A DNA stretch of 64,000 nt. Source: Macrostomum lignano. Taxonomy: Eukaryota. Shown here piece after piece: positions 1 through 11,557 of this stretch (the stretch's first letter is position 1; each line of letters begins with the position of its first letter). Under the pieces are notes generated by a model. It was not told where the DNA came from. It worked only from the letters and a program-made list of their open reading frames with translations, and ran no database searches. Made by a program: the position numbers and the translations under genes. The stretch spans positions 19,635 through 83,634 of the forward strand of contig NIVC01001215.1 in the NCBI GenBank assembly GCA_002269645.1. The letters run 5' to 3'.

Positions 1-555
1 CAGTAGCCGACGCACTGTCCAGATTAAGATCAACGAAGGCCGATTTGCAACAATTTGACGTAAGCTCAGTTCAGGACACCCTACTTGTGGAAAAGTTGTA
101 CTTGTGGAAATTTCTTTTTTGATCGAAAAAAAGAAATTCGTCAACAGTCGCTGAAGGACGCTATAATGCGAAGGCTTTTCGCCCAAGTCAAGCATGGTTG
201 GACCGAGACTGGAAGACGTCAGCTTCAGGAATATGCCAGGTTCGAAAATGAAATGTCCATTAAAAGCGGGATAGTGTAACGCGGAAGCAGGATCGTTGTT
301 CCAACAGCGTTGCGCAAAACTGTGCTTAGCGCATTACACGAGGGACATCTGGGTGCCGAGCGGATGAAGTCTATAGCACGACCGTGTGTGTGGTGTCCGT
401 CAGTTGACAGGGACATTGAACACCTGTCCAAGACATATACCAATTGTCAGTCGCAAAAAGATCACGCTAAGTGCGCGTGGACACCATGGCCTCAAGAAAC
501 GGAAAAGTGGAGCCGAGTTCACATCGACTTCGTTGGACCTTTAAAGACTTTGTAA
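1..555 (+). mobile_element. Ty3/Gypsy LTR retrotransposon pol remnant (end of RNase H into integrase zinc-binding region), inside an intron of the RalGDS-like gene
   Basis: VADALSRL at 3-26; LHEGHLG..MKSIAR..VWCPSVDRDIE..CQ..PWP....WSRVHIDFVGPL in ORF 310-555; in-frame stops at 277 and 553. Confidence 0.88.
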
Positions 556-713
556 AGACCCACGACGATAACAGCCTATATGGGATTTGAAAACCCGTCT
601 TTAGAGGTCGAGTGGGATCCCTTTTTAACCGGGAGTTTAGGATCTCATTCTATCTCTACCCAGCATCCTTATAAGTCGATGAGGACCCGGCTGACGCCGC
701 CCCCATTCCGCAG

Positions 714-3700
714 GTGGCGGAGCAGCTAACCCGCCTGGACGCCCGCCTTTTCGAGTCGGTGCGGCTGCACGAGTGCCTGGGCTCGCAGTGGGGCCGCCAC
801 CGCCGCAGCGGCTGCTCGCCCAGCGTCGACGCTACGGTGCAGCAGTTCAACCGGGTGTGCAGCCTGGTGGCCAGCCAGGCGCTGCAGCCGGGCCTGCAGC
901 CTGAGGACCGGGCGCAGCTGCTGAACAGGTGGATCCACATCGCCCAGTACCTGCGGAGAGGCGCAGCTTCTCCTCCCTGTGCGCCATCGTCTGCACGCTG
1001 AACCTGCAGTGCCTGCGGCGTCTCAGCCGCGTCTGGCGCCGCGTGCCGTCGGCCAGCCGCGACCTGCTGGCCGAGCTGTCGCAATTCGCCAACGCCGGCG
1101 AGAATTTCCAGGCGCCGCGGCGCGCCATGCACTGGGAGGGCACCGGCAAGGCGCTCAGCCGCCAGCTGTCCGTGCCGGGCGGCGTCGGCGGCATCGGCAG
1201 TCACCGCACCGCCTCCAGCGTGAGCCGCTTGGGTTGACTGGCGGGATGGAGTGACTGGCGGGACGGAATGACTGGCGGGGTAGAGTGACTGCTAGGATTG
1301 AGTGACTAGCAATTGAGATACATCCGGAGTGACTGGCTGTAGAGGCAGAATCCGGAGTGACTGGCTGTAGAGACAAAATCCGGAGTGACTGGCAGTAGAC
1401 GCAAAATCCGGAGTTACTGGCTATAAAAATCGGCAGAGAAGCGAAATCACTGTGGCTTCGCCTCCCCCCCCGCCGCAGCTGTCTCTGAGCGAGTCCTCCG
1501 GCACGGTGCCCTATCTCGGCACCTTCCTGACGGACCTGGAGGGGCTGCACTCCGCATTCCCGGAGCGAGTCCACGGTGGCCTCATCAACTTCGACAAGCG
1601 GCGCCGCGAGTACGACATCCTGGCCCGCCTGCGGCTGTACCAGGTCACCTGCCGGCAGTACCAGTACTGCGAGGATGCCAGGTTTGAGCACTGGCTCAGC
1701 ACCATCGAGCTGCTCAGCGATGAGCAACAGCAGCTGCTCAGTCTGGAGATTCAGCCGGAGCGGAGGTTTGTGTCCACTGTGTGACCTGCGTGACTGCGGT
1801 GTAACCTGCGTGTCTGCTGTGTGACCTGCGTGTCTTCTGGGTGATCTGTGTCTGTCTGCTGTGTGACCTGCCTGTCTGCTGTGTGACATGCGTGTCTGTG
1901 GTGTGACCTGCGTGTCTGCTGGGTGATCTGTCTGTTCGCTGTTCGCCTGTTCGTCTGTTCGCTGCATCTTCTAGGCTACATGTCGGCGAGGGCCTTCTGT
2001 ATAGAATGAAGTCATGTATTATTTTTTTGGTTTAGAATCAAGTTCTCAAGTATCAAGTTTAGATACAACTATACATGCACCATCATTCAACTAAATATCA
2101 ATAAAATCAGCATGAATTAGAAAATTTTGTGTCGCCTTACCTGTTCTCACTAAGCCGCGGAATCTTCTTTGAAGGTGGTAGCTGCCGATCTTCGTCCTCG
2201 AAGTCCAGCTGCTCTGCTTCAAAGTCACATGGCCGCTTCATTATATTTCTTTTCTGGTGCTTTTAAAACTATTTTGTTTGGAGAAGTACTCTCGTAGCTC
2301 TTCGATGAAAGCTGAAAGTGAACAGAATTAGAAAAAAATGTTTGTTAAAAACTACAGTACAGCATTGTTTGGCAGTAAAAGTCGCACAGCTTAGCCTATC
2401 TTTCCTAAAGAGTTTGAAGATCCTTTTTGAACCAAAGAGAAATAGAAGAGAAGTAAGATCTTAGGCCTAAAACATAAAAACATAAAAACAACTATAAGAG
2501 CACACTCTAGAAGGCAGATTGTAGGAGAGATTGTAGGAGTATAGCTATAAATTGAATAGAAATGAAATGAAGCAGAAAAGTACTAATTAATCGTATATAG
2601 ATGCAATTATTAAACATGCAAAAAGCAAAATGCAACAACATTCTTAAAAAAATTAGTAATGAATGGACGTACGGTGCTAAAAATTTAATTATATACAATA
2701 ACACTTGGTTTACAGCTTACAGAGTAGTGGACGAGTAAATAATTGGCACCTAATAAATTACAACTATAAAAAGTGGAATACAAATATGAAATCGAAATTA
2801 GTCGAAAAGTACAAAGTCGTTACAACACAACATCACACAAGTAAATAAATGAAAGTTAACAAGATAAGATAGTTAATTAAGCACAAGGTTGATACAATTT
2901 TTTGGCGCACTTTTCCACGATGAAAATTTGTTCATCGAAGTCCCCTCAGTCGAGTGACAACTTGCGAGTAATAAGCCGCTTGCTCGGCTTAATTGGGTTC
3001 TTGCTCTTCGGCCCGTTGTTCGCCAAGAGCTCTTTAATGATGGACTTGATTTTTCTCCCAACGTGTTCATCCTCTCAATCGACGCCTCCGCCTTTGTAGA
3101 ATTTCCTCGCTTCGGGAATTTCCGCTTCTCCTCTGAAAAACAACGCTGTTCGCTGGCTATTTTCGTTAGCCAAATCGTCGTCTGAGCCGCCGCAGTCGTT
3201 CGCTAGGTCGTCGGAACAGACCTGGCTCTCGTTGGGATCAGCAGGTGGTCTAAGGGCGGATTTGCCCTTAAAAACGAATCACGCGGCTGTCCTGTACAGT
3301 TATTGGGCGACATGCGTCCGTCCCTGCGACATGTCCGCCCTGGAAAACGAATAATGAAGTACAAAGAAAAAGATAAAAGAATCAGAAGACAGAAGAGGCA
3401 CAAGTCATTTGCGCAAGAAATTCATATGAGAATATCTGGCAATACGGAGAGAGAATGGGGTCGGCATAATTTGTTAACAGAGATAAATCCCCACAAAATT
3501 ACCCGAACAACAACAGTAAAAAATTCTTCATGTTGAGTAAGTAGTAGGAATCTAATATGTACTACCCGAGATCACTACCCAATGTCTGAAGTTCCGCTAG
3601 AAGTGTTTTAAAATGCTTTAAAAAGTCTATTTAACTCTGTAATTTCTGTTAAAAGTGCCTTTATCTACGTAACTGGACATACATACATGCATGACTCAAA

Positions 3701-6700
3701 TATGGCAGTGGGTGAGCCCAGACTCAGTTGATGAAAGCCGAAATGTGTCTACAGAAATGACCACAAAATTATCTGAACAACAGTCAGCGGTGTCTGAACA
3801 TTTTTCAAGTGGGGGGAAGGCTATTGGTGGGAAGGCACATCGCACATTAATTTTTTTAATCCAGGGACACCCCAACTCCTGCTGTTATGTCAGTTTGTGA
3901 CATTTTTACAGCCACCCCCTCCGGTTCCGACACCCCTGACAACAGTAAACATTCTTCATGTTGACTGAGTGGTAAAAATCCAATCTATATGGCTCAAAAT
4001 CCCTCAGGAATTACCTTCAATCATTTACATCTCTGAGCAGATATCGAGGATAGACTCAATGAATAATCTCTTACTATAAGTATATAGCACAAAAAGCAAA
4101 AATAAAATGTCAAGAGCATCTCTACGACAAAGCAAATTGTAAGCAAATTGAAAAGGAAATTGTGGTACTGCGTTTGCACCTGGCAGAGGTGCCAGAAAAG
4201 GTACTGAGATAACGTCACTCGGGTCTCATTTTGGACATAAACCAGAAAACACATAGATTCCAAAGAAGGGCCAAAACACAAACTCACCATGTACACAATG
4301 TATAGACTTCGTCGTTTCCCGACCGAATACTGATGTCGAAGCTTCTTTCCGAAGCAGACGGGATAGTCGGCACCATTGAAGTCGAAGCCGACAACGCTGC
4401 ATCTTCTTCCTCACATGTCGGCGAGGGACTTCTGTATAGAATGAAGTCATGTATTATTTTTTTTGGTTTAGAATCAAGTTCTCAAGTATCAAGTTTAGAT
4501 ACAACTATACATGCACCATCATTCAACTAAATATCAATGAAATCAGCATGAATTAGAAAATTTTGTGTCGCCTTACCTGTTCTCACTAAGCCGCGGAATC
4601 TTCTTTGAAGGTGGTAGCTGCCGATCCTCGTCCTCGAAGTCCAGCTGCTCTGCTTCAAAGTCACATGGCCGCTTCATTATATTTCTTCTCTGGTGCTTTT
4701 AAAACTATTTTGTTTGGAGAAGTACTCTCGTAGCTCTTCGATGAAAGCTGAAAGTGAACAGAATTTAAAAAAATGTTAGTTAAAAATTACAGTACAGCAC
4801 TGTTTGGCAGTAAAAGTCGCACAGCTTAGCCTATCTTTCCTAAAGAGTTTGAAGAGCCTTTTTGAACCAAAGAGAAATAGAAGAGAAGTAAGATCTTAGG
4901 CCTAAAACATAAAAACATAAAAACAACTATAAGAGCACACTCTAGAAGGCAGATTGTAGGAGAGATTGTAGGAGTATAGCTATAAATTGAATAGAAATGA
5001 AGTGAAGCAGAAAAGTACTAATTAATCGTATATAGATGCAATTATAAACATGCAAAAAGCAAAATGCAACAACACTCTTAAAAAAATTAGTAATGAATGG
5101 ACGTACGGTGTTAAAAATTCAATTATATACAATAACACTTGGTTTACAGCTTACTGAGTAGTGGACGAGTAAATAATTGGCACCTAATAAATTACAACTA
5201 TAAATAATGGAATACAAATATGAAATCGAAATTAGTCGAAAAGTACAAAGTGGTTACAACACAACATCACAACAAGTAAATAAATGAAAGTTAAGCACAC
5301 GATGAAAGAAACAAGATAAAAGTTAATTAAGCACAAGGTTGATACATTATTTTTTGGCGCGTTGCAAATGGTTACAAAGTGTATAATAGAATTCGCAAAC
5401 AGGAAAAAACACCACAACATTTATAAAAAATTAAGTAATGAATTGACTTAAGTAATGAATGGTAATAAAAATGCATTAATATACAACGAGTAGTGGACGA
5501 GTAAATTGGCACCTAATAAATTACTTTAAACTATAAATGGAATACAAATAGAATTAGTAAACATGCAAAAAAGATGAAGTAATAAAATGAAAATTAAAAA
5601 CATTGTCTTTAGACGTATAATGTCAGATATTGTCATTCAATCATTTCTTTTGCGAAGTCGCGACCATTGGGACTTCCATCTATTAATTTGCATTGTCATG
5701 CTGTCAGCAACTTCGGCCTTGTCCACAAACCGCAAGGACTGATGTGTCGCGACGTACTGATTGTACGCGGTCTTGCTTGGTGGGATCGGGCAGTTGCTAC
5801 TCGGACCATTAAGACGCAGCAGCTCATCAACAACTGCACTGATTTTCAAGCCGTTGGCTGTCTGCATGCGTCGCTTTGACTCAGTGCGCTTCTCTGCTGC
5901 TGTTAACACTCTAGGAGTGTTGACTTCATGGTGAACGGCCGCATTGGCTCGATAGGCCTCCTGGCTAATGATTTGGTTCATCTCATTGTAACCATTGTAG
6001 GCCTGGGTAACCATTCCGCCAGGTTCGTCCATTGTCGTAGGGGAATTTATTGTACTGATACTCGGCTGTTTTGCTGACTGCTGAGTGTTCACTGGTGTCG
6101 AGAACAGCGCGTTTGCAGTTTCCACAGACGCCTCCACGATGGGTGTGAGATTCCTCCTTGAATAAGAGGAATTTTAGTGGCGAGAGGTAAAGAACAAGTG
6201 CAAAAAATGTAAAATGCGTATACCTCTTTTAAAATGACGGGATTATGTGCAGCGAATGACGGAGATGAGAGGCAGATGAACCGAGAGGTAGACAAACAGT
6301 GCTACTTTTGTAAAATCTACGCTCGAAATACGTGTATCTATGTTGGCATACCGTAAAAAGAGGAAACCTGCACTCACCTCTTTTTAAACTTGACCAACTC
6401 ATCAGTATTGTCAGAATCATCAGAATCATCAGTATTGTTGCCCACGTCGATAGCATCTTCCGCTTTCCGTTGGCTGCCGTCTTCATAGCTCTGGATGCCG
6501 TACTGGTCGTCCTCAGCTGCCGACTCATCATGACTCGTCCAGTCTGGGGCCATGCTTTCTAGGACGAATGCTGTCATCGTCATCATCCTCCTCATGGTCG
6601 TCCTGGTCGTCATCAGCTGCCGACTCATCATGATCGTCGTCCAGTCTGGGGCCATGCCTTCTAGGACGAATGCTGTCATCTTCTTCTTCTGACTTTTTAT

Positions 6701-9700
6701 CGCCTTTCGGCATAGTCAACCAGGCGGGTCCCCGTCTCACTCGCCAAGGCACACTTTCCTATGTCGAGCCAGGTTCGTTGCAGCCTGCTGTCGGCCACAG
6801 TGCGGGCACGGTACCCGTCTACTGCGGTAGATTCTGCCGATGTTGGCCATCGGTGTGGTCCTGATCGGAGTGTCGGCTTGGTCCGTTCTCGTGTTCTGTT
6901 TCTTGCACGTCCTCCAGTGTCTCGCGAAATTGCTGCTACTGAGCCATTTCCCGCAGCTTGTGCAGTTCGTGCGGCCGTCGGACTGGGTGGTTCCGCGGCA
7001 CCACTTATGGTGGTTTTTTCTAGTCGCTTCGGTCTTGAAAGGTTTCCCGCACTTAGGGCAGGGGAGGGATACCTCTGCGACGGTGTGGTGCATGCGTTTG
7101 TGGTGAATGGCCAGGCCGCCTCTTGATGCGCATACCTTTTCGCAGTGCTCATATTTGCACCGGTAGCCCGTTAATTCGGTCTCTTGGGTGGGCTGTGTCC
7201 CTGCTAGGGGTGCTTCGGTTTGCTGATCGACTCCTTCTGGTGGTAAGTTCCCGCGCCTGCTTAACATCTTTTCTAGGATGTCCAGTTGATGCCTTCTTTC
7301 CTTAGTCACTGCTCTCCAAGTCTCCCGATCCAGTGCCAGTCTTTCGATGTCTAGTTCGTCAACCTTTGCTGTTTTTAACATTTTTTTCCAGTAGGACATA
7401 ATAGTTTGTTTCCGTTTACGGGCTTTTCGAACACTCTCGAATGCTGTCATCGTCATCATCCTCCTCATGGTCGTCCTGGTCGTCCTCAGCTGCCGACTTA
7501 GCATGATCATCGTCCAGTCGGCCACGCTTTCTAGGACGAATGCTGTTCCCGGCATCATCGTCCTGCATGTCGTTCTTCTCGCCAACAGCTACTGACGAAT
7601 CCTTGTCGCCGCCTTACTTGACTTAGCTGCAGGGGGCTCCGCGCGTCCGGAAACAGCGAGGAGGCGTTGCCGCCCATTTCGCTAACCCCTGGCCTTGTCG
7701 CCGTCAAGTCGGTCGAGCTCGCTTGGATGACCGCTGCCATAATCTTCATCGTCCTGGCTGTGTTCCTTTTCACCATCCTCATCCTCTGTCAGCGTCGGAA
7801 GCTCTACTGGGCGCGCGGGGTCAGGCAAAGCTGCTGATGCATGTTGAGTAGAGCGGCCATGGTGACATTGTGGTTCCTGGCTTGATAAAACTGCTTCGCA
7901 ATGGCACTGGAATGGCGTCGGGACTTAACAACAACGATTTCCTCCGATGGAGAAAGCAGCTCCTTTGACGCAGTAGAATGTGCTTGGCGGATATGCGTTG
8001 CTGTTAGCTGAAAATTATGGAGAAAGATGTTCAGAAAGTTTCGAGCTCCGGTTGTTGTCAGGCAGCGGTAGTTAGGATGTGGTAGTGCGAATATCTATCT
8101 CCCTCAAAAATATCTTGGGGAATTGGGGAGTGTCCACTTGGGGAATTCCTTTTTTAACCGTCTCTAACTATAAAAATGAAAACTCTGTCTGTGTGTGTCT
8201 GTCTGTGGACAATTTCATTCGCTCCCAAATCTCAAACTCCCAAATCGCTCAACCAAATTACACCAAATTTTTCACCCACCCTAAACTGCGGAGAATGTCT
8301 TAGGTTATCTTTTGATTTCCTAACTCGAGTCTTTTTCCTACCTAAAAGTATCAAAAGGATGATGTGATTAACCTGATTAAAATGCAATCCAGCAAAATTA
8401 GTTACATATGAAAATTTTAGCTCTAAGTTTCACATAAAGGTACTTTACATATCTGCGGTGTGACCTGCGTGTCTGCTGGGTGACCTGCATATCTGCGGTG
8501 TGACCTGCGTGTCTGCTGTGTGACCTGCATGTCTGTGGTGTGACCTGCGTGTCTGCTGAGTGACCTGCATATCTGCGGTGTGACCTGCGTGTCTGCTGTG
8601 TGACCTGCATGTCTGTGGTGTGACCTGCGTGTCTGCTGAGTGATCTGTCTGTTCGCTGTGACCTGCGTGTCTGCTGTGTGACCTGCATATCTGCAGTGCG
8701 ACCTGCGTGTCTGCTGGGTGATCTGTCTGTTCGCTGTGACCTGCGTGTCTGCTGTGTGACCTGCATATCTGCGGTGTGACCTGCGTGTCTGCTGTGTGAC
8801 CTGCATGTCTGCGGTTTGACCTGCGTGTCTGCTTTGTGACCTGCATATCTGCGGTGTGACCTGCGTGTCTGCTGTGTGACCTGCATGTCTGCGGTGTGAC
8901 CTGCGTGTCTGCTGTGTGACCTGCATGTCTGCGGTTTGACCTGCGTGTCTGCTGGGTGATCTGTCTGCTGTGTGACCTGCGTGTCTGATGTGTGACCTGC
9001 GTGTCTTCTGGGTGATCTGTGTCTGTCTGCTGTGTGACCTGCGTGTCTTCTGGGTGATCTGTGTCTATCTGCTGTGTGACCTGCGTGTCTTCTGGGTGAT
9101 CTGTGTCTGTCTGCTGTGTGACCTGCGTTTCTACCTGCTGTGTGACCTGCGTTTCTGCTCTGAAAGCATATATGTTAAATAACTCAGACATGCTTAGAAT
9201 GCACAGCCTTTTAAAGTTTCTCATCTTGCCTCCACTCTGCAGGAATGAGAGCAGCACCGAGATCTCCAGTTTGGCGGTAAGATCAAAGGAATCGGCTAGA
9301 TAAGCCAGTTAAGCCAGTGTGCTATTCAGCCCACTGTAGTTGGTTTCCTGAGAGCGGGTTGGTTTGAGCAGTCAGTTTAGCAGCGTCCCCTCCCCTTGCT
9401 CAACTCGGAACTTCCGACAGAGCGACGCGTCTCTGGAGGTCGTTTCGGAGCAAAAGGAGCCGCAAGAGCTGACGGACGTCTGCATTTTGCTGTTCCGCCT
9501 GGACCTGCCGGAAGGCCATCCGGCCTTCAACCGGCTGCATGTGACCGGCGGCTCCGGGTGACTGTGTCTGTCTGCTGGTGAGCTGCTCGTGACTGTGCTG
9601 GGTGTGACCTGCTGCGGGGATCTGTCTGTGCTGTGTGACCTGGTGTGCTGCATGTCTGCTGTGTGACCTGCGTGTCTGCTGTGTGACCTGCGTGTCTGCT

Positions 9701-11557
9701 GGGTGATCTGTGTCTGTCTGCTGTGTGACCTGCGTGTCTTCTGGGTGATCTGTGTCTGTCTGCTGTGTGACCTGTGTGTCTTCTGGGTGATCTGTATCTG
9801 TCTGCTGTGTGACCTGCGTTTCTACCTGCTGTGTGACCTGCGTTTCTGCTGTGAAAGCATATATGTTAAATAACTCAGACATGCTTAGAATGCACAGCTT
9901 TTTAAAGTTTCTCATCTTGCCTCCACTCTGCAGGAATGAGAGCAGCACCGAGATCTCCAGTTTGGCGGTAAGATCAAAGGAATCGGCTAGATAAGCCAGT
10001 TAAGCCAGTGTGCTATTCAGCCCACTGTAGTTGGTTTCCTGAGAGCGGGTTGGTTTGAGCAGTCAGTTTAGCAGCGTCCCCTCCCTTTGCTCAACTCGGA
10101 ACTTCCGACAGAGCGACGCGTCTCTGGAGGTCGTTGCGGAGCAAAAGGAGCCGCAAGAGCTGACGGACGTCTGCATTGTGCTGTTCCGCCTGGACCTGCC
10201 GGAAGGCCATCCGGCCTTCAACCGGCTGCATGCGACCGGCGGTGGGAAGAGGTGTGGTGATCGAGATGAGCAGGGGGGCTGCTGTGCAGGTGTGAGATAG
10301 ATCAGGTGTGGGATAGATCAGGTGTGGGATAGATCAGGTGTGGGATAGATCAGGTGTGGGATAGATCAGGTGTGGGATAGATCAGGTGTGGGATAGATCA
10401 GGTGTGGGATAGATCAGGTGTGGGATAGATCAGGTGTGGGATAGATCAGGTGTGGGATAGATCAGGTGTGGGATAGATCAGGTGTGGGATAGATCAGGTG
10501 TGGATAGATCAGGTGTGGATAGATCAGTGTGGGATAGATCAGGTGTGGATAGATCAGGTGTGGGATAGATCAGGTGTGAGATAGATCAGGTGTGGGATAG
10601 ATCAGGTGTGGGATAGATCAGGTGTGGGATAGATCAGGTGTGAGATAGATCAGGTGTGGGATAGATCAGGTGTGGGATAGAATGTGTCAGGTGTAGATGT
10701 GTCAGATATGAGATGTGTCAGTGTGAGATGTGTCAGGTGTAGAATGTGTCAGGTGTAGAATGTGTCAGGTGTAGAATGTGTCAGGTGTAGAATGTGTCAG
10801 GTGTAGAATGTGTCAGGTGTAGAATGTGTCAGGTGTAGAATGTGTCAGGTGTAGAATGTGTCAGGTGTAGAATGTGTCAGGTGGAAGTGTGCTGTGTCAG
10901 GTGGCAGCCTCCTCTCCATCCGCAGGTGCACCCGGAGGACAAGACCGGCTCGGTGATCCGGGCTGCCCTGGAGCGGCACGGCCTGGCCGAGTCGCCCGAG
11001 CTGTTCGTCATCGTGCAGCTGCTGGCTGGCGGCGCCGGTGAGCAGGTGGAGCGGGATGGAGCATTGGAGATTTTATATTGATTGTTTAGGATGAGGTTTG
11101 ATATTTCTCAGGGTGAGATTTGATATTGCTGTCAGGGTGAGTTTGATATTGCTCGGGTGAGATTTGATGTTATTGCTGGGGCTGAGATTTGATATTGCTG
11201 GGGGTGAGATTTGATATTGCGGGGGTGAGATTTGATATTGCGGGGGGTGACATTTGATATTGCGGGGGTGAGATTTGATATTCCTCAGGGTGGGATTTTG
11301 CACTGTGTGAATGCAGCAAGCAATGGTCGCCACTTCCCGCAGAGTTGGTGGTCCCTGACCGGTCCAACGTGTTTTACGCCCTGGACACTCGGTCAGCAGC
11401 CCCGGTGTTCGCTGCGGCCGCCGGGGAGGCCGCGGCCGACGGCCCGAAGCGAGTTCTGTGCGCCCTGCGGCACCAGCAGGTGCAGGGCGACCGCCTCATC
11501 AGCAGCAACCGGACGGCCGGGCTCAGGCGGCTGCTACCACACTGGCTGAAGCTGTGA
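714..11557 (+). CDS. RALGDS: RalGDS/RGL-family Ral GEF: CDC25 domain plus C-terminal RA domain; 5' exons lie before the window
   Basis: Phase-compatible exons 714-1219 (one G missing at ~955), 1479-1765, 9381-9540 (duplicate 10072-10231), 10926-11037 and 11343-11557. Motifs VAEQLT..DARLF, GTVPYLGTFLTDL..LINFDKRRREY and RA domain DVCILLFRLD..FNRLH|VHPEDK..VIRAALERH..NVFYAL. Confidence 0.9.
1232..1420 (+). repeat. Degenerate intronic minisatellite (GAGTGACTGGC core)
   Basis: Repeated gagtgactggc starting just after the donor at 1220. Confidence 0.75.
1780..1959 (+). repeat. ~20-bp minisatellite GTGTGACCTGCGTGTCTGCT, left part; the same array resumes at 8451
   Basis: Tandem units visible directly; same unit at 8451-9155 and 9560-9850. 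Confidence 0.9.
3785..3938. mobile_element. 154-bp MITE, probably hAT superfamily
   Basis: Imperfect 15-bp TIRs cagcggtgtctgaac / gttccgacacccctg (13/15 match); exact 8-bp TSD acaacagt at 3777-3784 and 3939-3946. Confidence 0.85.
4288..4677 (-). CDS. Unknown spliced ORF inside the element (MKRPCDFEAEQLDFEDEDRQLPPSKKIPRLSENRSPSPTCEEEDAA...); partial; truncated second copy starts at 2241
   Basis: Exons 4677-4577 and 4431-4288 with GT-AG sites and matching phase 2; 3' exons not resolved. Confidence 0.45.
5637..8007 (-). pseudogene. Tyrosine-recombinase-like protein, C-terminal half (catalytic R/H/Y region, acidic repeats, conserved unknown domain); frameshifted and interrupted by a LINE
   Basis: H-x8-Y spacing in HSSAIAKQFY (Tyr codon 7887-7885). 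Acidic repeats DDDDDSIRPR(R/K)HGPRLDDD on both sides of the LINE. Phase-matched intron 6377-6157 joins KFKKR to RNLTPIVEASVETAN. Confidence 0.55.
6681..7437 (-). mobile_element. 5'-truncated RTE-like non-LTR retrotransposon (3' end) with several C-terminal zinc fingers
   Basis: WKKML..ERLALDRETWRAV motif followed by Cys/His fingers (CKYEHCEKVCASRGGLAIHHKRMH, CPKCGKPF, CTSCGKW, CPHCGRQ); (GAA)n tail; exact 14-bp TSD cgaatgctgtcatc at 6667-6680 and 7438-7451. Confidence 0.88.
8451..9850 (+). repeat. GTGTGACCTGCGTGTCTGCT minisatellite, right part, interrupted by the exon-containing segment 9160-9560
   Basis: Tandem units; source of repetitive ORFs 8398-9257 and 9400-9948. Confidence 0.9.
9160..10245 (+). 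repeat. Tandem segmental duplication (~691-bp offset) containing the first RA-domain exon
   Basis: gaaagcatatatgttaaataactcagac...ccggctgcat occurs at ~9160-9550 and ~9850-10240. Confidence 0.92.
10298..10870 (+). repeat. Two adjacent 16-bp minisatellites (GATAGATCAGGTGTGG, then AGGTGTAGAATGTGTC)
   Basis: Tandem units visible directly. Confidence 0.92.
11090..11290 (+). repeat. ~23-bp intronic minisatellite (GGGTGAGATTTGATATTGC core)
   Basis: Tandem units between RA exons 10926-11037 and 11343. Confidence 0.85.

Larger units (their letters stand above)
1960..5359. repeat. ~950-bp diverged direct repeat (1960-2908 and 4395-5359)
   Basis: Both copies begin cgctgcatcttct..catgtcggcgaggg.cttctgtatagaatgaagtcatg and end gcacaaggttgataca..tttttggcgc. 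Confidence 0.92.
1960..8100 (-). mobile_element. Degenerate spliced element encoding a tyrosine-recombinase C-terminus plus unknown ORFs (Crypton-like candidate), inserted in the intronic minisatellite
   Basis: Minus-strand exon from acceptor ttttcag at 8008 reads LTATHIRQAHSTASKELLSPSEEIVVVKSRRHSSAIAKQFY. It is followed by acidic repeats and exon 6156-5637. Internal direct repeat 1960-2908 / 4395-5359. Boundaries approximate. Confidence 0.55.

Noticed and set aside
8160-8450. Helitron-like 5' end (tc..ctataaaaatg..gtgtgtgtctgtctgt)
   Set aside because: No clear 3' hairpin plus CTRR terminus, so the class cannot be supported.
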